A DNA stretch of 64,000 nt, taken from positions 20,584,001-20,648,000 of the forward strand of contig NC_043021.1 in the NCBI RefSeq assembly GCF_006345805.1, in the 5' to 3' direction. Positions 40,647-54,336 of this stretch are shown here, piece by piece; positions within the stretch are counted from its first letter, which is position 1, and every line of letters starts with the position of its first letter. A program made the translations under genes and the position numbers. A model generated the notes under the pieces. It was given only the letters and a program-made list of their open reading frames with translations. It had not been told where the DNA came from and made no database searches. Source of the DNA: Octopus sinensis. Lineage: Eukaryota.

Positions 40647-41022
40647 GCACAGGCGTGGCTGTGTGGTAAGAGGTTTGTTTCCCAACCATATGGTTCTGGG
40701 TTCAGTCCCACTACAAAGAATCTTGGGCAAGTGTCTTCTACTATAGCCTTGGGCTGAACAAAGTCTTGTGAGTGGATTTGGTAGACAGAAACTGAAAGAA
40801 GCCCCTTGTGTGTGTATATGTTTGTGTCTGCTTTTACCCTCAAAATAGCTTGACAACTGATGTGTTTACCTCCCCGTAACTTAGGAGTTTGGCAAAAGAG
40901 ACCAATAGTGTAAAGTACTGGGCTTAAAGAATAAGTCCTGGGGTTGATTGCTTCGACTAAAAAACCCTTTAAAGCCATGCTCCAGCATGGCCACAGTCAA
41001 ATGACTGAAGCAAATAAAAGAA
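40647..41022 (+). mobile_element. SINE family A (intronic)
   Basis: Head to tail, 35 nt after the exon donor. Confidence 0.85.
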
Positions 41023-42107
41023 TAACTCTTTAGCATTCAGATTATTTTGTCAAACACATTCCTTATTTTTCCAGATTGGTTTGCATTAATCCTGCATTAT
41101 TTCATAGCTTTGAGATTTCAATGATGTTGTTGTATATCATTATGATGACATTGCATGGTAAGTGTGAGAGGCCGAATCTGGTCAGTTTGAACATAAAACA
41201 TAGAATATTTGGGTCGGATGGGGCCAGTTTAAAAGCCAAAGGGTCGATTCTTTTTGTAGCTTTGTTAGGCGACATTAACGACTTTATGGCAACTTTCAGA
41301 TTGGTTGGGAATAAGGAAGGTGTTAGGGACCTGATCTGATGTATTGCAACAGCGTAGACTTGGCTAAAGACCCCCAACAACCAGATGGTCAGTCAAATTG
41401 GATGTGGCTGTGTGCTTAGAAGTTTGCTTTCCAACCACATGGTTCCAGGTTCAATCCTACATTGTGGTATCTCAGGCAAGTGTCTTGGACCAACCAAAAC
41501 CTTGCAAGTAAATTTGGTTGGCCAAATCTGAAAGAAGCCTGTCGTGTGTGTGTGTCCTTTCCTGAACATCACATGGTAGTTCTAAATGAATGTTACCATA
41601 ATATATATTTCTTTACTACCCACATGGGGCTAAACACAGAGGGGATAAACAAGGACAGACAAAAAAAATGTTAGTCATCGTCCCTGGGTGGGTATGAAGC
41701 ACCAACCTTTTGGTTAACAGCTGAATGCGCTAACTGATTGTGCCATAGAGACCGACTGTTACCATAATATAAGTGGTGTCCTTCATTTCAAATCTTTTGT
41801 GCAAATATCTCTGGTCATGGGGAAATGTTACTCTACTTGGAAACAGGTAGGAGATCCAGCTGTAGAAAATCTGCTTCAACGAAAATTCCATCACACCCAT
41901 GATGGCATGGAAGAGAGGAAACTCTGATATCCGCTGTATCTTTTAAATTTTCTACTACTACACCATGTACACACATGCACACCTTTTAATTTGGATGTTA
42001 GCTTAGGTAGATGAGAATTGCAAGCCTAGATTTCACTTTTCTTAATATCACCTTATATAATTATAAAGCAGTTGGAATAAACTTTGCTGAGAGAGAAGCA
42101 GGTTTAA

Positions 42108-42580
42108 CCCTTTCAATACCAACCCGGCTGAAACTGCCTCTGGCTCTGAGGACAAATGTCTTGTTTTCATAAGTTTTGAATTAAAATCTTTCACCAAACC
42201 TTAGTCACAATTTATGCTCCTAAAACTAGCTTAATGATAACTAAGTTGTTTTACCAAATTCTTTGTTATATTTAAAATTAATTGAAAGAAACACAGAGCA
42301 TCTCAACAGAAATATGGTAACAAAAGGGTTAAAATATATAATAGAGAAACAATTCTTAACCCTTTCAATACCAACCCGGCTGAAACTGGCTCTGGCTCTG
42401 AGTACAAATGTCTTGTTTTCATAAGTTTTGAATTAAAATCTTCCACCAAACCTTAGTCACAATTTATGTTCCTAACATTAGGTGAATGATAGCTAAGTTA
42501 TTTTACAAAATTCTTTGTTATATTTAAAATTAATTGAAAGAAACAGAGAGCATCTCAAAATAAATACAGTAACGAAAGGG
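42108..42580. mobile_element. Two adjacent piggyBac-type MITEs (42108-42328 and 42360-42580)
   Basis: Each is 221 nt with CCCTTT...AAAGGG termini and TTAA on both sides. A second CCCTTT/TTAA family occurs near 41023-41243, 49021-49150, 55728-55949 and 60912-61118. Confidence 0.85.
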
Positions 42581-43889
42581 TTAAACTACTTTCTGCTAGG
42601 TTATGATTCCAAATAACTTAATCATTTGGCTACCATCATGGGCATCATTGATCACTAAATCTGATTTATTTTTAAATATACTTGTCTCTGGTAAAAGTAT
42701 GTGGCCTAGTGATTAAGGTGTAGCTCTTGAAATCGCAAGATCATGGTTTCAATTTCCAAACTGGCAGTACATTGTGTTTTTGAGCAAAGCATTTCATTTC
42801 ACATTGCTCCAGTCCACTTGGCTGTAAATGGGTTACCCTGCAACTGATTGTTATCCCATTCAGGGGTAACGTTGGTCTACCTGCCTAGCCATTGGGGTGG
42901 CATCATTCGAAGGCTCCGACAATGTGAAGAAGCGCATTGTAACCAGCAGTGTGTAACCACATCTCATAATCTGTTTGATATTTATCTATAAAGGTAAAAG
43001 GTAGTTAGCTTCTTGAGTCCTGCTGATTCATAAGGGCCAGTTTCCATGGCATATATAATCCCCACTTGGAGGGGCCACTGGTCCATTGTACGATTACTCA
43101 TTTTTGCCAGCTGAGTGGACTGGGGCAATGTAAAATGAAGTGTTTTGCTCAAGAACACAACACGTCTCCTGCTCCAGGAATCAAAGCCACAACATGAGTC
43201 CAACACCCTAACCACCAAGACACACGCCCCCGTGATATTTATCTATGACCTTGTACCAATGCTAGAAAGTTGTCAGAAATGGTTGAGCACTCGAGTTAGT
43301 GTTTTACAATAGCCATTGGTCAGTGTTGCTCCACTGGGCTTACAATTTGAAGATGTTGCAGGAATGACCATCCCATCTTGATTTCAAATCTAATGCACAG
43401 AAGACTATATTGTTCAATGCATTCTTCCTTTTTTAAAATAAGGTGAAAATTCTGGGTGATTTGATTACTATCTCTAAAGAGCTGAGTGATCATGTGAGGC
43501 TCCTGCCCCTATTGGCTTTTGATGTTGCTTATGTTATTGTTGATATTACTCAACAGAGCGTGACATCTTTATTGTCTGGTCTTCATTTTCTGACCAGACA
43601 TGTCCACCACTCTCTTTGAATTCCGCTAACAGCATTTCAACCACTAAACCCTTAAAAGAAAAACCTGTGTCGTACAATGGCATTTCTATTCCTCTACCAA
43701 TTTCAAGACCTTTTGTTTTGTCTGCTATTTCTAATATTACCGAGATGAGTAAGGTAGCAAGCTGGCAGAATTGTTAGCATGCCAAACAAAATGCTTAAGA
43801 GCAGTTCATCTGTTCAGTAGATATTTTATTTTGTTACTCAATGGCTTAATAGATATTTTCACCATTTTGAATATAGTTATTAGGTGGTA

Positions 43890-44390
43890 TAATGGAATTC
43901 CGCCAAGGTCGACTTTGCCTTTCATCCTTTCGAGGTTGATAAATTAAGTACCAGTTACGCACTGGGGTCGATGTAATCGACTTAATACCTATGTCTGTCC
44001 TTGTTTGTCCCCTTGTGGGTAGTAAAGAAATAGGTATTTCATCTGTCACTACGTTCTGAGTTCAAATTGCACTGAGGCTGACTTTGCCTTTCATCCTTTC
44101 GGGGTTGATTAAATAAGTACCAGTTATGCACTGGGGTCGATGCAATCGACTTAATACCTATGTCTGGTCCTTGTTTGTCCCCTTGTGGGTAGTAAAGAAA
44201 TAGGTATTTCATCTGTCACTACGTTCTGAGTTCAAATTGCACTGAGGCTGACTTTGCCTTTCATCCTTTCGGGGTCGATTAAATAAGTACCAGTTATGCA
44301 CTGGGGTCGATGCAGTCGACTTAATACCTATGTCTGTCCTTGTTTGTCCCCTCTATGTTTAGCCCCTTGTGGGTAGTAAAGAAAAAGGTA
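43890..44390 (+). repeat. Tandem multimer of the family B SINE body (~150-nt unit, about 3 copies)
   Basis: GACTTTGCCTTTCATCCTTTC...GTAAAGAAATAGGTA repeated head to tail. Similar dimers at 26100-26510 and 61480-61825. Confidence 0.85.
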
Positions 44391-44487
44391 TAATCTCTTC
44401 CTTATGGAAGGAAGTGTGATGTTGTGAGCACACAGTCTTTGGTTTCTGTCTTTAACATTTTTGCCTCTTCTATTTGTGTTTACACAG

Positions 44488-44618
44488 AAATTGAGTGATT
44501 TAGATCATGAGACCAATGGCATTCACAATCCCGATTACGACCATGAAGCAATCTTGGGAAAAGACGATGCCAAAGATTTTGACCAACTTTCACCAGAACA
44601 AAGCAAAGAGAAATTAGG
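44488..44618 (+). CDS. CALU: Calumenin-like, coding exon 2
   Basis: CAG/GTAAG boundaries. Encodes [43 protein letters not shown](G), the CREC YDHEA.LG...FDQL.PE.SKE.LG signature. Phase 0 to 2. Confidence 0.95.
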
Positions 44619-44721
44619 GTAAGCTGATATTTTCAATTTGTTCAACTTCGTTACTGTCTTTGATCGTCGACAAATGTGTTTTTTTTCTCTCTTGTGGTGA
44701 ATGCAACTCTTTGTCACTGTT

Positions 44722-44922
44722 GCCGCTGCCACCACCACCACCACCGCTAACATCATCATCACTACCACCACCACCATCATCACTGCCACCACCACCATCA
44801 TCACTGCCACCACCACCATCATCACTACCACCACCATCACTGCCGCCACCACCACCATCACTGCCGCCGCCACCACCATCACTGCCGCCACCACCACCAT
44901 CACCGTCACCACCACCATCATC
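44722..44922. repeat. (CCA/TCA/CTG)n trinucleotide-derived minisatellite in intron
   Basis: ~21-nt units CCACCACCACCATCATCACTG. Confidence 0.9.
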
Positions 44923-46041
44923 ACTCTTGGTTGTATGATACAAATTTTAAACTGATCTAAATGGATAACTTCCAACAAAATTCCATGTTGGTTTATGTTC
45001 CAAATAGCAGCTAAATAGTGATAAAGTTATTCCACTAAATTCTTCATTATTTTCAAAATTAATTGCAGAAATGTTAATGAAAGGGACAACGTCTATTTTT
45101 TTATTCTGGCATGGATTGGATGGATTGACAAGGTCTGGCAAATCCCAGAGCCGTGTCAAGTTCCAGTGTCGGTGTTGGTATGGTTTCGGTGGCTGGATGC
45201 CCCTTCTAACACCAACCAGTCAATTCAGTGTGTTCTGAGTGATTCTTTTTTTCATGCCACTGGCACTGGTGAGGTCACCAAGCACTTTCAAGATGAGAAA
45301 ATAGAAAACAGGAAAAGCTCCATGAACTAAGTTGAGGAAATATTTGAGAGAGAGGGCACAGTGGTTCTGTGCCAGGTTTTGAGAGGCTCAGGTATGATAG
45401 AGGGACAAGTGCAGGTGATTTGCTACAGAAGGGATACAGGCAGTGATGGATCAGTCCTGAGCATTGCAAGTTGTCTGTCCTCTCTTGGTTCTTTGTCATT
45501 TATTCTTTAAAACTCAGCACCTTGAGATCAGCCATCACCACTTCATCCCATGTGTTCCTGGGTCCCCCTCTTCCACAGGGTCCATTCACTTTACGTAAAT
45601 GACTAGCAGTTATTCATGCAACTGTCATCCATGCACATCACGTGACCAAACCAGTGTTGTCCTCTCTCTTGCACACTACATCCTGGTTCCTCTTACGTCC
45701 AGTCATTTTTCTCTCAATACATTAGCACTTTGTCACGCATGCACACACAGTGGTGCACACATGCAGCATATTGCTGTGTTCATCATCTGCTACTGATTCC
45801 CTGCTACTCCTGGCAGTTTTGCTCCACTCAGGCAACAACCCTCCAACCCATAGGTCTGTTTTGGGTTGTCATTGCTGGTGAGGTTTTTACAAAGTTGAAG
45901 TGCAAATCTTACCTTAACATCTTTTAATCAACTTTTATGACATGCTGAGGAAACATTAAGCCTATTCTTTGCCGTAGCAGTCCCCACACAGCACAGCAAA
46001 TTCATTGCATTTTTTTAATATTGTTCCTTTTGTTCATTTAG

Positions 46042-46238
46042 AAAAATTGTTGACAAAATGGATAAAGATCACGATGGTTATGTTACCGAAGAGGAACTGA
46101 AAAATTGGATTAAATACGTCCAGGATAAATACATCATCAATGATTCAAATGAACGCTGGAAAGATTATGAATTTCTGGACACTGATAAACTGGACTGGGA
46201 AACATTTAAAAAGAAAACCTATGGATTCACAGAAGAAG
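46042..46238 (+). CDS. CALU: Calumenin-like, coding exon 3 (EF1 and degenerate EF2)
   Basis: TAG/GT boundaries. Encodes KIVDKMDKDHDGYVTEEELKNWIKYVQ...LDWETFKKKTYGFTEE. Phase 2 to 1. Confidence 0.95.
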
Positions 46239-46897
46239 GTATTTACATTGCTCTGTCGTTTTAGTCTTCCACCATTCTACTAGTTTCAGTCTTTTACCTA
46301 TTACTTGGTTCCAGTCATTGGACTCTGCTCTGGCAGAGGTACTGATAATGTCTAGGGCAGTGGTTTTCAACCATTTTTTGTCTGTGGATCCTTGTGGATT
46401 TTTTACCAATGGTCCCCTTCTCATTTTACTTGGATGAACCCTCCCAGTCATTCAGGTTCTGGGTTCAGTCCCACTGCATGGCACCTCAGGCAACTGGTTT
46501 CTAAGCTTTGTGAATGGATTTGGTAGACAGAAACTGCAAGAAGCCCATTGTGTGTGTATGTGTATATATATATATATATATATATGTATATGTAAATACA
46601 CACACACATTTATGTGTGTCCGTGTGTCTGTTTGTCCCCCCCCTCCTCCCATCACTTGACAACTGATGTTGGTGTGTTTACTTCCTTGTAACTTAGTTCA
46701 GCAAAGGAGACTGATAAGTACCAGGCTTAGAAACAGTAAGTCTTGGGGTCAATTTGTTTGGCTAAAACCCTTCAAGGCAGTGCTCCAGCATGGCTGCAGT
46801 TAAGTGACTGAAACAAGAAGGAAAGGATAGGGAGCAAAAACATGGCTGTTTTTCCTTTTGTGTTCACCGGTTAATTAAGTCCTTTTTCTACATTCAG

Positions 46898-47064
46898 ATA
46901 TTAAACCAACCGATGAGAAAGCTGTCTACAAAGAAATGATCACTCGTGATAAGAGGCGGTGGGCCTACGCTGACTTGGATAAAGACAACCACTTAACTAA
47001 AACTGAATTCATGCATTTCCTCCATCCAGAAGAAGCTGACCACATGAGAGACATTGTTGTTTTG
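46898..47064 (+). CDS. CALU: Calumenin-like, coding exon 4 (EF3)
   Basis: CAG/GTAAGA boundaries. Encodes ...YKEMITRDKRRWAYADLDKDNHLTKTEFMHFLHPEEADHMRDIVVL. Phase 1 to 0. Confidence 0.95.
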
Positions 47065-49197
47065 GTAAGACACTTTGATAGTATGGCAAGTGTGGTTTAG
47101 GGTGTGTCGGCGAGCTGGCACAAACGTTAGCATGCTGGGTGAAATGCTTAGCGGTATTTCGTCTGCGTTACGTTGTGAGTTCAAAATCCGCCGAGGTCGA
47201 CTTTGCCTTTCATCCTTTCGGGGTCGATAAATTAAGCACCAGTTATGCACTGGGGTCGATGTAATCGACTTAATACCTATGTCTGTCCTTGTTTGTCCCC
47301 TCTGTGTTTAGCCCCTTGTGGGTAGTAAAGAAATAGGTTTAGGGTGTGTCTATCTGGGAGAGGTTGGTCACAAGAGAAATATTGTTTTAGTTATATGCCA
47401 GCTGTAGAAACTCTGCCAGATTCAGACTGGAGCCTGGTGCAGCCCCTGGCTTCCCAGACCCCGGTCGAACCGTCCAACCCATGCTTGCGCGGAAAACGGA
47501 CGTTAAACGATGATGATGATATAAATTCCACCATGGATCTATAGAGTATTGACTTCTCACTGGAAAACATACCTACACCAAGAGGTCTTTGTTTTTTGTG
47601 ATTTTGTAATTGGCTGATGATGTGCTGTGATCATTGGATTGTTGATAAGTCCTGAATGCCCATGGGATTTTGCACCTAGAAAGTTCCCCTCCAAGGCACA
47701 AATCTGGGCAACGGTGTTTGTGGAAGACCAGCGGTGGCCCATGCATACCAGCCTCCCCTCTCCATGCCACCAATGTTATTCAGGAGAAAGGCAAAGGCCA
47801 ATACAGCTGGCCGCCAGCTGAGTGAACTGGAGCAGCATGAAATAAAGTGACTTGCTCAAGAACACAACACACAACCCGGTCAAGGATTTGAACTCATAAC
47901 CTCATGACTGTGAGCCCGATGCTCTAACCACTGAGCAATGCACCTCCACTTTAATATACTTGGAAGTATATTATGGTTGCTAAAGGAAATATGGTGTTCC
48001 TACCAGCAATTAATATAATTATATATATATATATTGTGAAGGTACGTGGTTCAGTGGTTAGGGTGTTGCAGTCACAATCACAAGGTCATGGTTTCAATTC
48101 CCAGGTCAGTAGTGCATTGTGCTGCTTGAGCAAAACACTTCATTTTGCGTTGCTCCAGTCCCCTCAGCTGTAAATGGGTAACACTGCAATGAACTGACCT
48201 TCTGTTCAGGTGGAATGTTGGCCTTAACCAGCAGAGTATCTTCTGAAAACTACAACAATGCAAGGAAGTGCATTGTGACTAGCAGTGTATAACAACATCC
48301 AATTGCCTGGTTGATACAGTAATATATATATATATTGCTAACCGTCACCGAAAGGTTAGGATATCGTCTTTCTAACTATGTGGTTGCGAGTTCGATCCTG
48401 TTGTGCAACACCTTAGGTAAGTGTCTTCTGAGTTGATCAGTATCTTGTGACTGGAATTTGGTGATGGGAAATTGTTCTGAAGCCTGTTATATATTTGCTT
48501 GATTATGTTTGTGGTGTAGTTACCAGTGTATCTTATACTGTCAAATAGATTGCTTGTTTATTCACATTATTTGACTTCATCATCCTCGTTTAATGTCTGC
48601 TTCCCATGCTGGCATGGGTTGGACAGTTTGACTGAGGACTGGCGAACCAGATGGCTGTACCAGGCTCCAATCTTGATCTGGCAGAGTTTCCACAGCTGGA
48701 TGCCCTTCTTAATGCCAACCACTCCGAGAGTATAGTGGGTGCTTTTATGTGCCACCAGCACGAGGGCCAGTCAGGCGTTATTGGCAACGGCCACGCTCAA
48801 ATGGTGTTTTTTTACATGTCACCTGCACAGGAGCCAGTCCAGCAGCACTGGCAACGACCTCGCTCAAATGTTTTTTCACGTGCCAGTAAGGTGACGCTGA
48901 GCTTAATCATGCATTTTCATGTAGCTTCAAGTTTTCGATTCTGTGATTGTTAATTTTTAGAATGTCGTGATTTTTAAGATGACAAATGTGATAAGTTGGA
49001 CCTGGTCATGCATGGCTGGTTTAACCCTTTAGCATTTAGATTATTCTGTCAAATGTAATGCTTATTTGTGCACATTGTTTTGAATTAATCATGCATCATC
49101 TCATAGCTTCATGATCTCAGTGATACACGTGTTTTTAGAATGACATTGTAGGGAGATGTGATATGTTAGTATTTAATAATCTTTTACTAAATTCCAG

Positions 49198-49258
49198 GAA
49201 ACTCTCGAAGACATAGACAAAGATAAAGATGGAAAAGTCAGTCTTGAAGAATACATAA
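49198..49258 (+). CDS. CALU: Calumenin-like, coding exon 5 (EF4)
   Basis: CAG/GTAAGT boundaries. Encodes ETLEDIDKDKDGKVSLEEYI. Phase 0 to 1. Confidence 0.95.
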
Positions 49259-49353
49259 GTAAGTTTTTTATTATTGAATTATTATTGAATTTTAAAATGA
49301 TTAATATACATGGTTGGTCAAAAGTCACCCAACAGTAAATCAAAATTTCATAA

Positions 49354-49741
49354 ATAGGCGTAGGAGTGGCTGTGTGGTAAGTAGCTTGCTTACCAACCAC
49401 ATAGTTCTGGGTTCAGTCCCACTGCATGGCACCTTGGGCAAGTGTCTTCTACTATAGCCTCGGGCCGACCAATGCCTTGTGAGTGGATTTGATAGACGGA
49501 AACTGAAAGAAGCCCGTTGTATATATGTATGTGTTTGTGTGTCTGTGTTTGTCCTCCCATTCAACATCGCTTGACAACCGATGCTGGTGTGTTTACGTCC
49601 CCGTAACTTAGTGGTTCGGCAAAAGAGACCGATAGAATAAGTACTAGGCTTACAAAGAATAAGTCTTGGGATCGATTTGCTCGACTAAAGGCGGTGCTCC
49701 AGCATGGCCGCAGTCAAATGACTGAAACAAGTAAAAGAGTA
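49354..49741 (+). mobile_element. SINE family A, full length (intron 5)
   Basis: ATAGGCGTAGGAGTGG head to GTAAAAGAGT tail. Confidence 0.9.
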
Positions 49742-49749
49742 AATATTCA

Positions 49750-50654
49750 ACATTTAATGAAACTGTCACTGGCGGTAACTGTTTCGAAATGCTGAACGAA
49801 TATGTCTTTCCGCAGCTGTGTGACAGGCCAGAATTTAATACTTTGCTGTTTGTGCAAGGTGGTGTGCGTCCCCATTATGCCAAAAAGGTACCTGATCTGT
49901 TGGACACTTTGCCTGCAGGTTGGATTGGACATAGAGGGCCTATTGAACGGGATCCACATTCGTGTAACCTCACACCAATGGACTTTAGTATTTGGGGAAT
50001 GATGAAAGATCAAGTTTTTAATAGAAAACCAAGGACTCTAGCTGAGTTGCAAGTTGCCATAGCAACTGAATTTGAACTAATTGATGCAAAATAAGGTACT
50101 TTGTCATACTATACTCTTTACTCTTTTACTTGTTTCAGTCATTTGACTGCGGCCATGCTGGAGCACCGCCTTTAATCGAGCAACTCGACCCCGGGACTTA
50201 TTCTTTTGTAAGCCCAGTACTTATTCTATCGGTCTCTTTTGCCGAACCGCTAATTAACAGAGACAGCAATGCTAGGGGGTCAAACACACACACACGCATA
50301 TATACTACAGGCTTCTTTCAGTTTCCGTCTACCAAATCCACTCACAAGGCTTTGGTCGGCCTGAGGCTATAGTAGAAGACACTTGCCCAAGGTGCCACAC
50401 AGTGGGACCGAACCTGGAACCATGTGGTTGGTAAGCAAGCTACTTACCACATAGCCACTCTTGCGCCTATCTGTAATTCTGTTTTGACTCGAATGGAAAA
50501 ATGTGTCGCTCAAGAAGGACTTCAGTTTGAACAATTTTCATGATGTTTCATATTTAGACGCTTTTATTAAATTCATTCAGTTGTCAAACACAAATAAATC
50601 TAGGAATTAAATGGTTTTGATTTACTGTCCAGGTGACTTTTGGCCAACCCTATA
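49750..50654 (+). mobile_element. Tc1/mariner-superfamily transposon relic (3' half), split by a SINE
   Basis: FVQGGVRPH...WIGHRGP...SCNLTPMDFSIWG.MKDQVF..KPRTLAEL (degenerate QDGAPPH/SPDLTPLDF). Resumes after the SINE as CNSVLTRMEKCVAQEGLQFEQF*. Ends TTTTGGCCAACCCTA-TA. Confidence 0.85.
50115..50470 (-). mobile_element. SINE family A inserted into the Tc1/mariner relic
   Basis: Reverse-complement copy, inverted relative to 49354-49741. Confidence 0.9.
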
Positions 50655-52121
50655 TGTAAAGAAATCTTTTATTGTTGAATAAGCTTATTGTAAAGTTCTG
50701 TTGTAGCTGCTAACGGCCACTCAAGCCAATTCTGTACTCTTATCATTGTATTGAGTAATCTAATTTCTAATATCTGATCATAACTTTGGTCCACTCCTAC
50801 CACTGTAGAAAATAATATAGTTTCCAGGAATTATTTTGGTCTAAACTGCTGTAATTATATCTTTAATCCATGCTGTACTTCTTTGCTCGTGTATACAGCT
50901 GAGTAGCAGTGATAAAATTCGAGCCTACATGGCTTTGACACCTTTGTGACTTGAAAACAAAGATTTCATGAAGGTTGTAGTTTTGCCGAAACAACCTTGA
51001 GTGCTACCTTCCCAATTATTGACTCTTTGAGCATTGTGCTTTAGAGAAAGATGAATTATTGGTCAATAACCCAAGCTGTTTTTTTTTTTATAAATTGCTT
51101 GTACTTCTTAAAGACAACAGGTTATAGAAAACTGCATGAACTTTGCTGTTGCGTTAAGTCATGCATTTGCAAGGCCCAAGATGTTATGAAATTTAATATT
51201 GTAACAATTGTTAAAAAACAGGGAACAGTTTTTACATTCTGAGTTCAAATTCTGCCAAAGGCAACTTTGACTCTCATCCTTTTGAGGTCAATAAAATTAA
51301 CACCTGGGGGTCAATGTAATTTTACGAAATTGCTGGCCTTGTGCCAAAATTTGAAATCAATATTGTAACAATAGTTTCGCATTTATTGGAGCCTAAGATG
51401 TGAAATTTAATAGTGTGATGGTAGTTTTACGTCTGTGAGGACCCAAGATGTTATGAAATGTTAACAAAAAGACTCTTTCGTTTGTTTTCTTTTTAAACAA
51501 ATTATTCCTTCAGCTAATTCATTTGTTTTGTACATATTTTGAACAGTTTGAGACAAACAAATATTTAATGCTGTATTTACAACGTTCTGTATAGTTTATA
51601 AAATTCCACTTTGTCACTTGTGCATGCAATTCCAGTAGGTTTTCTAACTCACTAAACTTACCAATATTCCAACAGACAAAACTGAATATTCTGGAATTTG
51701 TTTTTCTTTTCGAAATGTCTTGCCAAGGTTTGGTCACGCTTAGCAAGTTAAGTGATAGTTACTACCATTTGTATTGAAGGCACATGGCCCAGTGGTTAGA
51801 TCAGTGGGATCGCAGGTTCGAATCTGAGACCAGGCGACGTGTGTGTTTATGAGCGAAACACCTAAGCTCCCCGTGGCTCCGGCAGAAGGTAATGGCGACG
51901 AACTTCCGCTGACTCTTTCGCCACAAGTCTCATTCTTTCCTCCTGCATCTTGCAGCTCACCTGTCATGCACCGGCGCCCTGTCCAGGTGGGGAACCTATA
52001 CGCCAAGGAAACTGGGGAACTGGCCCTTATGAGCCAGGCGTAGCTTGAGAAGGAACAAACAATATTTACAGGAATGTGAGAGCAAAATGTCAAATGTATT
52101 GCTGTGTTCAACAGCTAAACA

Positions 52122-52279
52122 CAGGCGCAGGAGTGGCTGCGTGGTAAGTAGCTTGCTAACCAACCACATGGTTCTGGGTTCAGTCCCACTGCATGGCACC
52201 TTGGGCAAGTGTCTTCTACTTTAGCCTCAGGTTGACCAATTGTGAGTGGATTTGGTAGACGGAAACTGAAAGAAGCCTG

Positions 52280-52318
<39 letters not shown>

Positions 52319-52519
52319 TGTGTGTCTGTGTTTGTTCCTCTAGCATTGCTTGACAACCGATGCTGGTGTGTTTACATCCCCGTCACTTAGCAGTTCGGCA
52401 AAAGAGACCGATAGAATAAGTACTGGGCTTACAAAGAATAAGTCCCAGGGTCGATTTGCTCGACTAAAGGCGGTGCTCCAGCATGGCCGCAGTCAAATGA
52501 CTGAAACAAGTAAAAGAGA
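52122..52519 (+). mobile_element. SINE family A, full length (intron 5)
   Basis: Head to tail with an internal (TA)n. Confidence 0.9.
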
Positions 52520-54336
52520 GTACTATGGTCAGCAGTAACTAAAGGCAATACTATGGTCAGTAGTAACTAAAGCATAGTGTTGCATTGAATAGTAAGAGCA
52601 CTCTGCAGTGTTGCTAACCATGTCTACAAATGGCATCATTAGAGAGAGAGAGAACGAGGCTACGTTAGCAAGCTGGCAGAATCGTTAGTGTGCCAAACAA
52701 AATACTTAGCGCCAGTCCTTCCAGCTTTGTTCTGAGTTCAAATCCTGCCGAGGTCAACTTTGCCTTTCATTCTTTCGGGGCTGATAAAATAAGTACTGTT
52801 TGAGCACCGGGGTCTCTGTAATTTATTAACCCCTCCCTCGAAAATTGCTGGCCCTGTGCCAGAATTAGAAAGAACTCTGGAGTGGGGCCTGGGCACTTAA
52901 CAGGCAGAATTGTTAGAACATCAGACAAAATACCTTGTGCTGTTTGTCTTGGTCCTTTACATTCTGAGGTTGATTTTTCCCTTCCATCTTTTTAGGGTTA
53001 ATGTAATACTATATTATATTATACTGACTGACCCCCTGTTCCCTTAAATTTGCTGGTGTTGTGCCTAAATTAGAAAAAATTATTACAGAGACACTAAGGC
53101 AGAAAGCTGGCAGAATCGTTAGCACATTGGGCAAAATGCTTAGTGGCATTTCATTGGTTTTTACGTTCTGAGTTCAAATTCTGTTGAGGTTGACTCTGGC
53201 TTTCATTCTTTTGGGGTTCGGTAAAATGAGTACCAGTTGAGTACTGAGGTCAATGTAGTTGATTTGACTCTTCTGCTGGTCTGGTGCCAAAATTTGAAGC
53301 CAATATTACACAGAGACCCTAAACTTATTGTTGGCAGTTGTTCCTCTTCATGATTGATGTTGGCTGTGATCTAAAATTATGACATGAAGTTCAGCCGACA
53401 GAAGCCTGTGAGAGAACCTTTTATGTGGCCTCTATGCCTGCTAGAAATAGCAGCTGAATGGCTAATGTGTACAGTTTCCTTCTTACCATGTTAATTAGTT
53501 AAGGCAGCTATGTTAGTGTCTTGCATATGCAAGTAGGTTTCTATCTAAAGAAGGTCAACCTTTATCTAACTGTTGCAGATCCTTACTGCAAGTTTGGACC
53601 CTGATTTTGAATGACCTTAAATGGATTGGCTAAATTGTTAAGTACGTCAGAAAAAGAAGCTTTGCAGTATTTGTTCCAGCTCTTTATATTCTGAGTTCAA
53701 ATCCTGTCTAAGTCAACTTTGCCTTTCATCCTTTCGGCTAAAATATATATAGCAGTCTGGAACTGGAGTCAAAGTTACTGGTTTTCTGCTTAAGTTAGAA
53801 ACAAAATATTTGGCACATAAGTTCAAATAATAGGAATGGTTTCATTGGTCTTTACTGAGTTGTTATGATTTTTTATTATTATTATTGTGTTATTACTTTG
53901 CTTGGGAGACTGGCAAGAGTTGGCATTTGGCCACATAAGATCTGCCTCAGTAAACTCTGTCTGACTCATACAAGTGTGGCAAAGTGGATGTTGAGACAGT
54001 GATGATGTGTTCTCGTCTACTTGATGTCTGTGACGTAATTTAACAACTAACACCTGACCCTTGTAGGCATTTGGATCAAGTCTCTTTCCTGAGGAGCACT
54101 TGGTATCTTGATGCAGCAATCTACAAATTGTGGGTTCTTCCTCTTGCTTTCAAAGGCTCCTTAAAAGTCCCTGCTGATTGAGGCCTCTCCTACTCTAACC
54201 TATGCCATATAAAAAGATAAATACATCACCTTCGTTTAATTATGTTCCTCCCTTCTACTAATGTAACAGTGACAAAGTTGTTTGGTGAAATTGTAATAAT
54301 TCTACTGTTAATTGGAATGTTAACTTACGTTCATAG

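Noticed and set aside
43890-44390. CRISPR-like array
   Set aside because: Eukaryotic context; the units are SINE bodies with no unique spacers.
44535-44978. Gly/Pro/Val/Thr-rich ORFs on both strands
   Set aside because: Translations of an intronic trinucleotide minisatellite; open in many frames because of low complexity.
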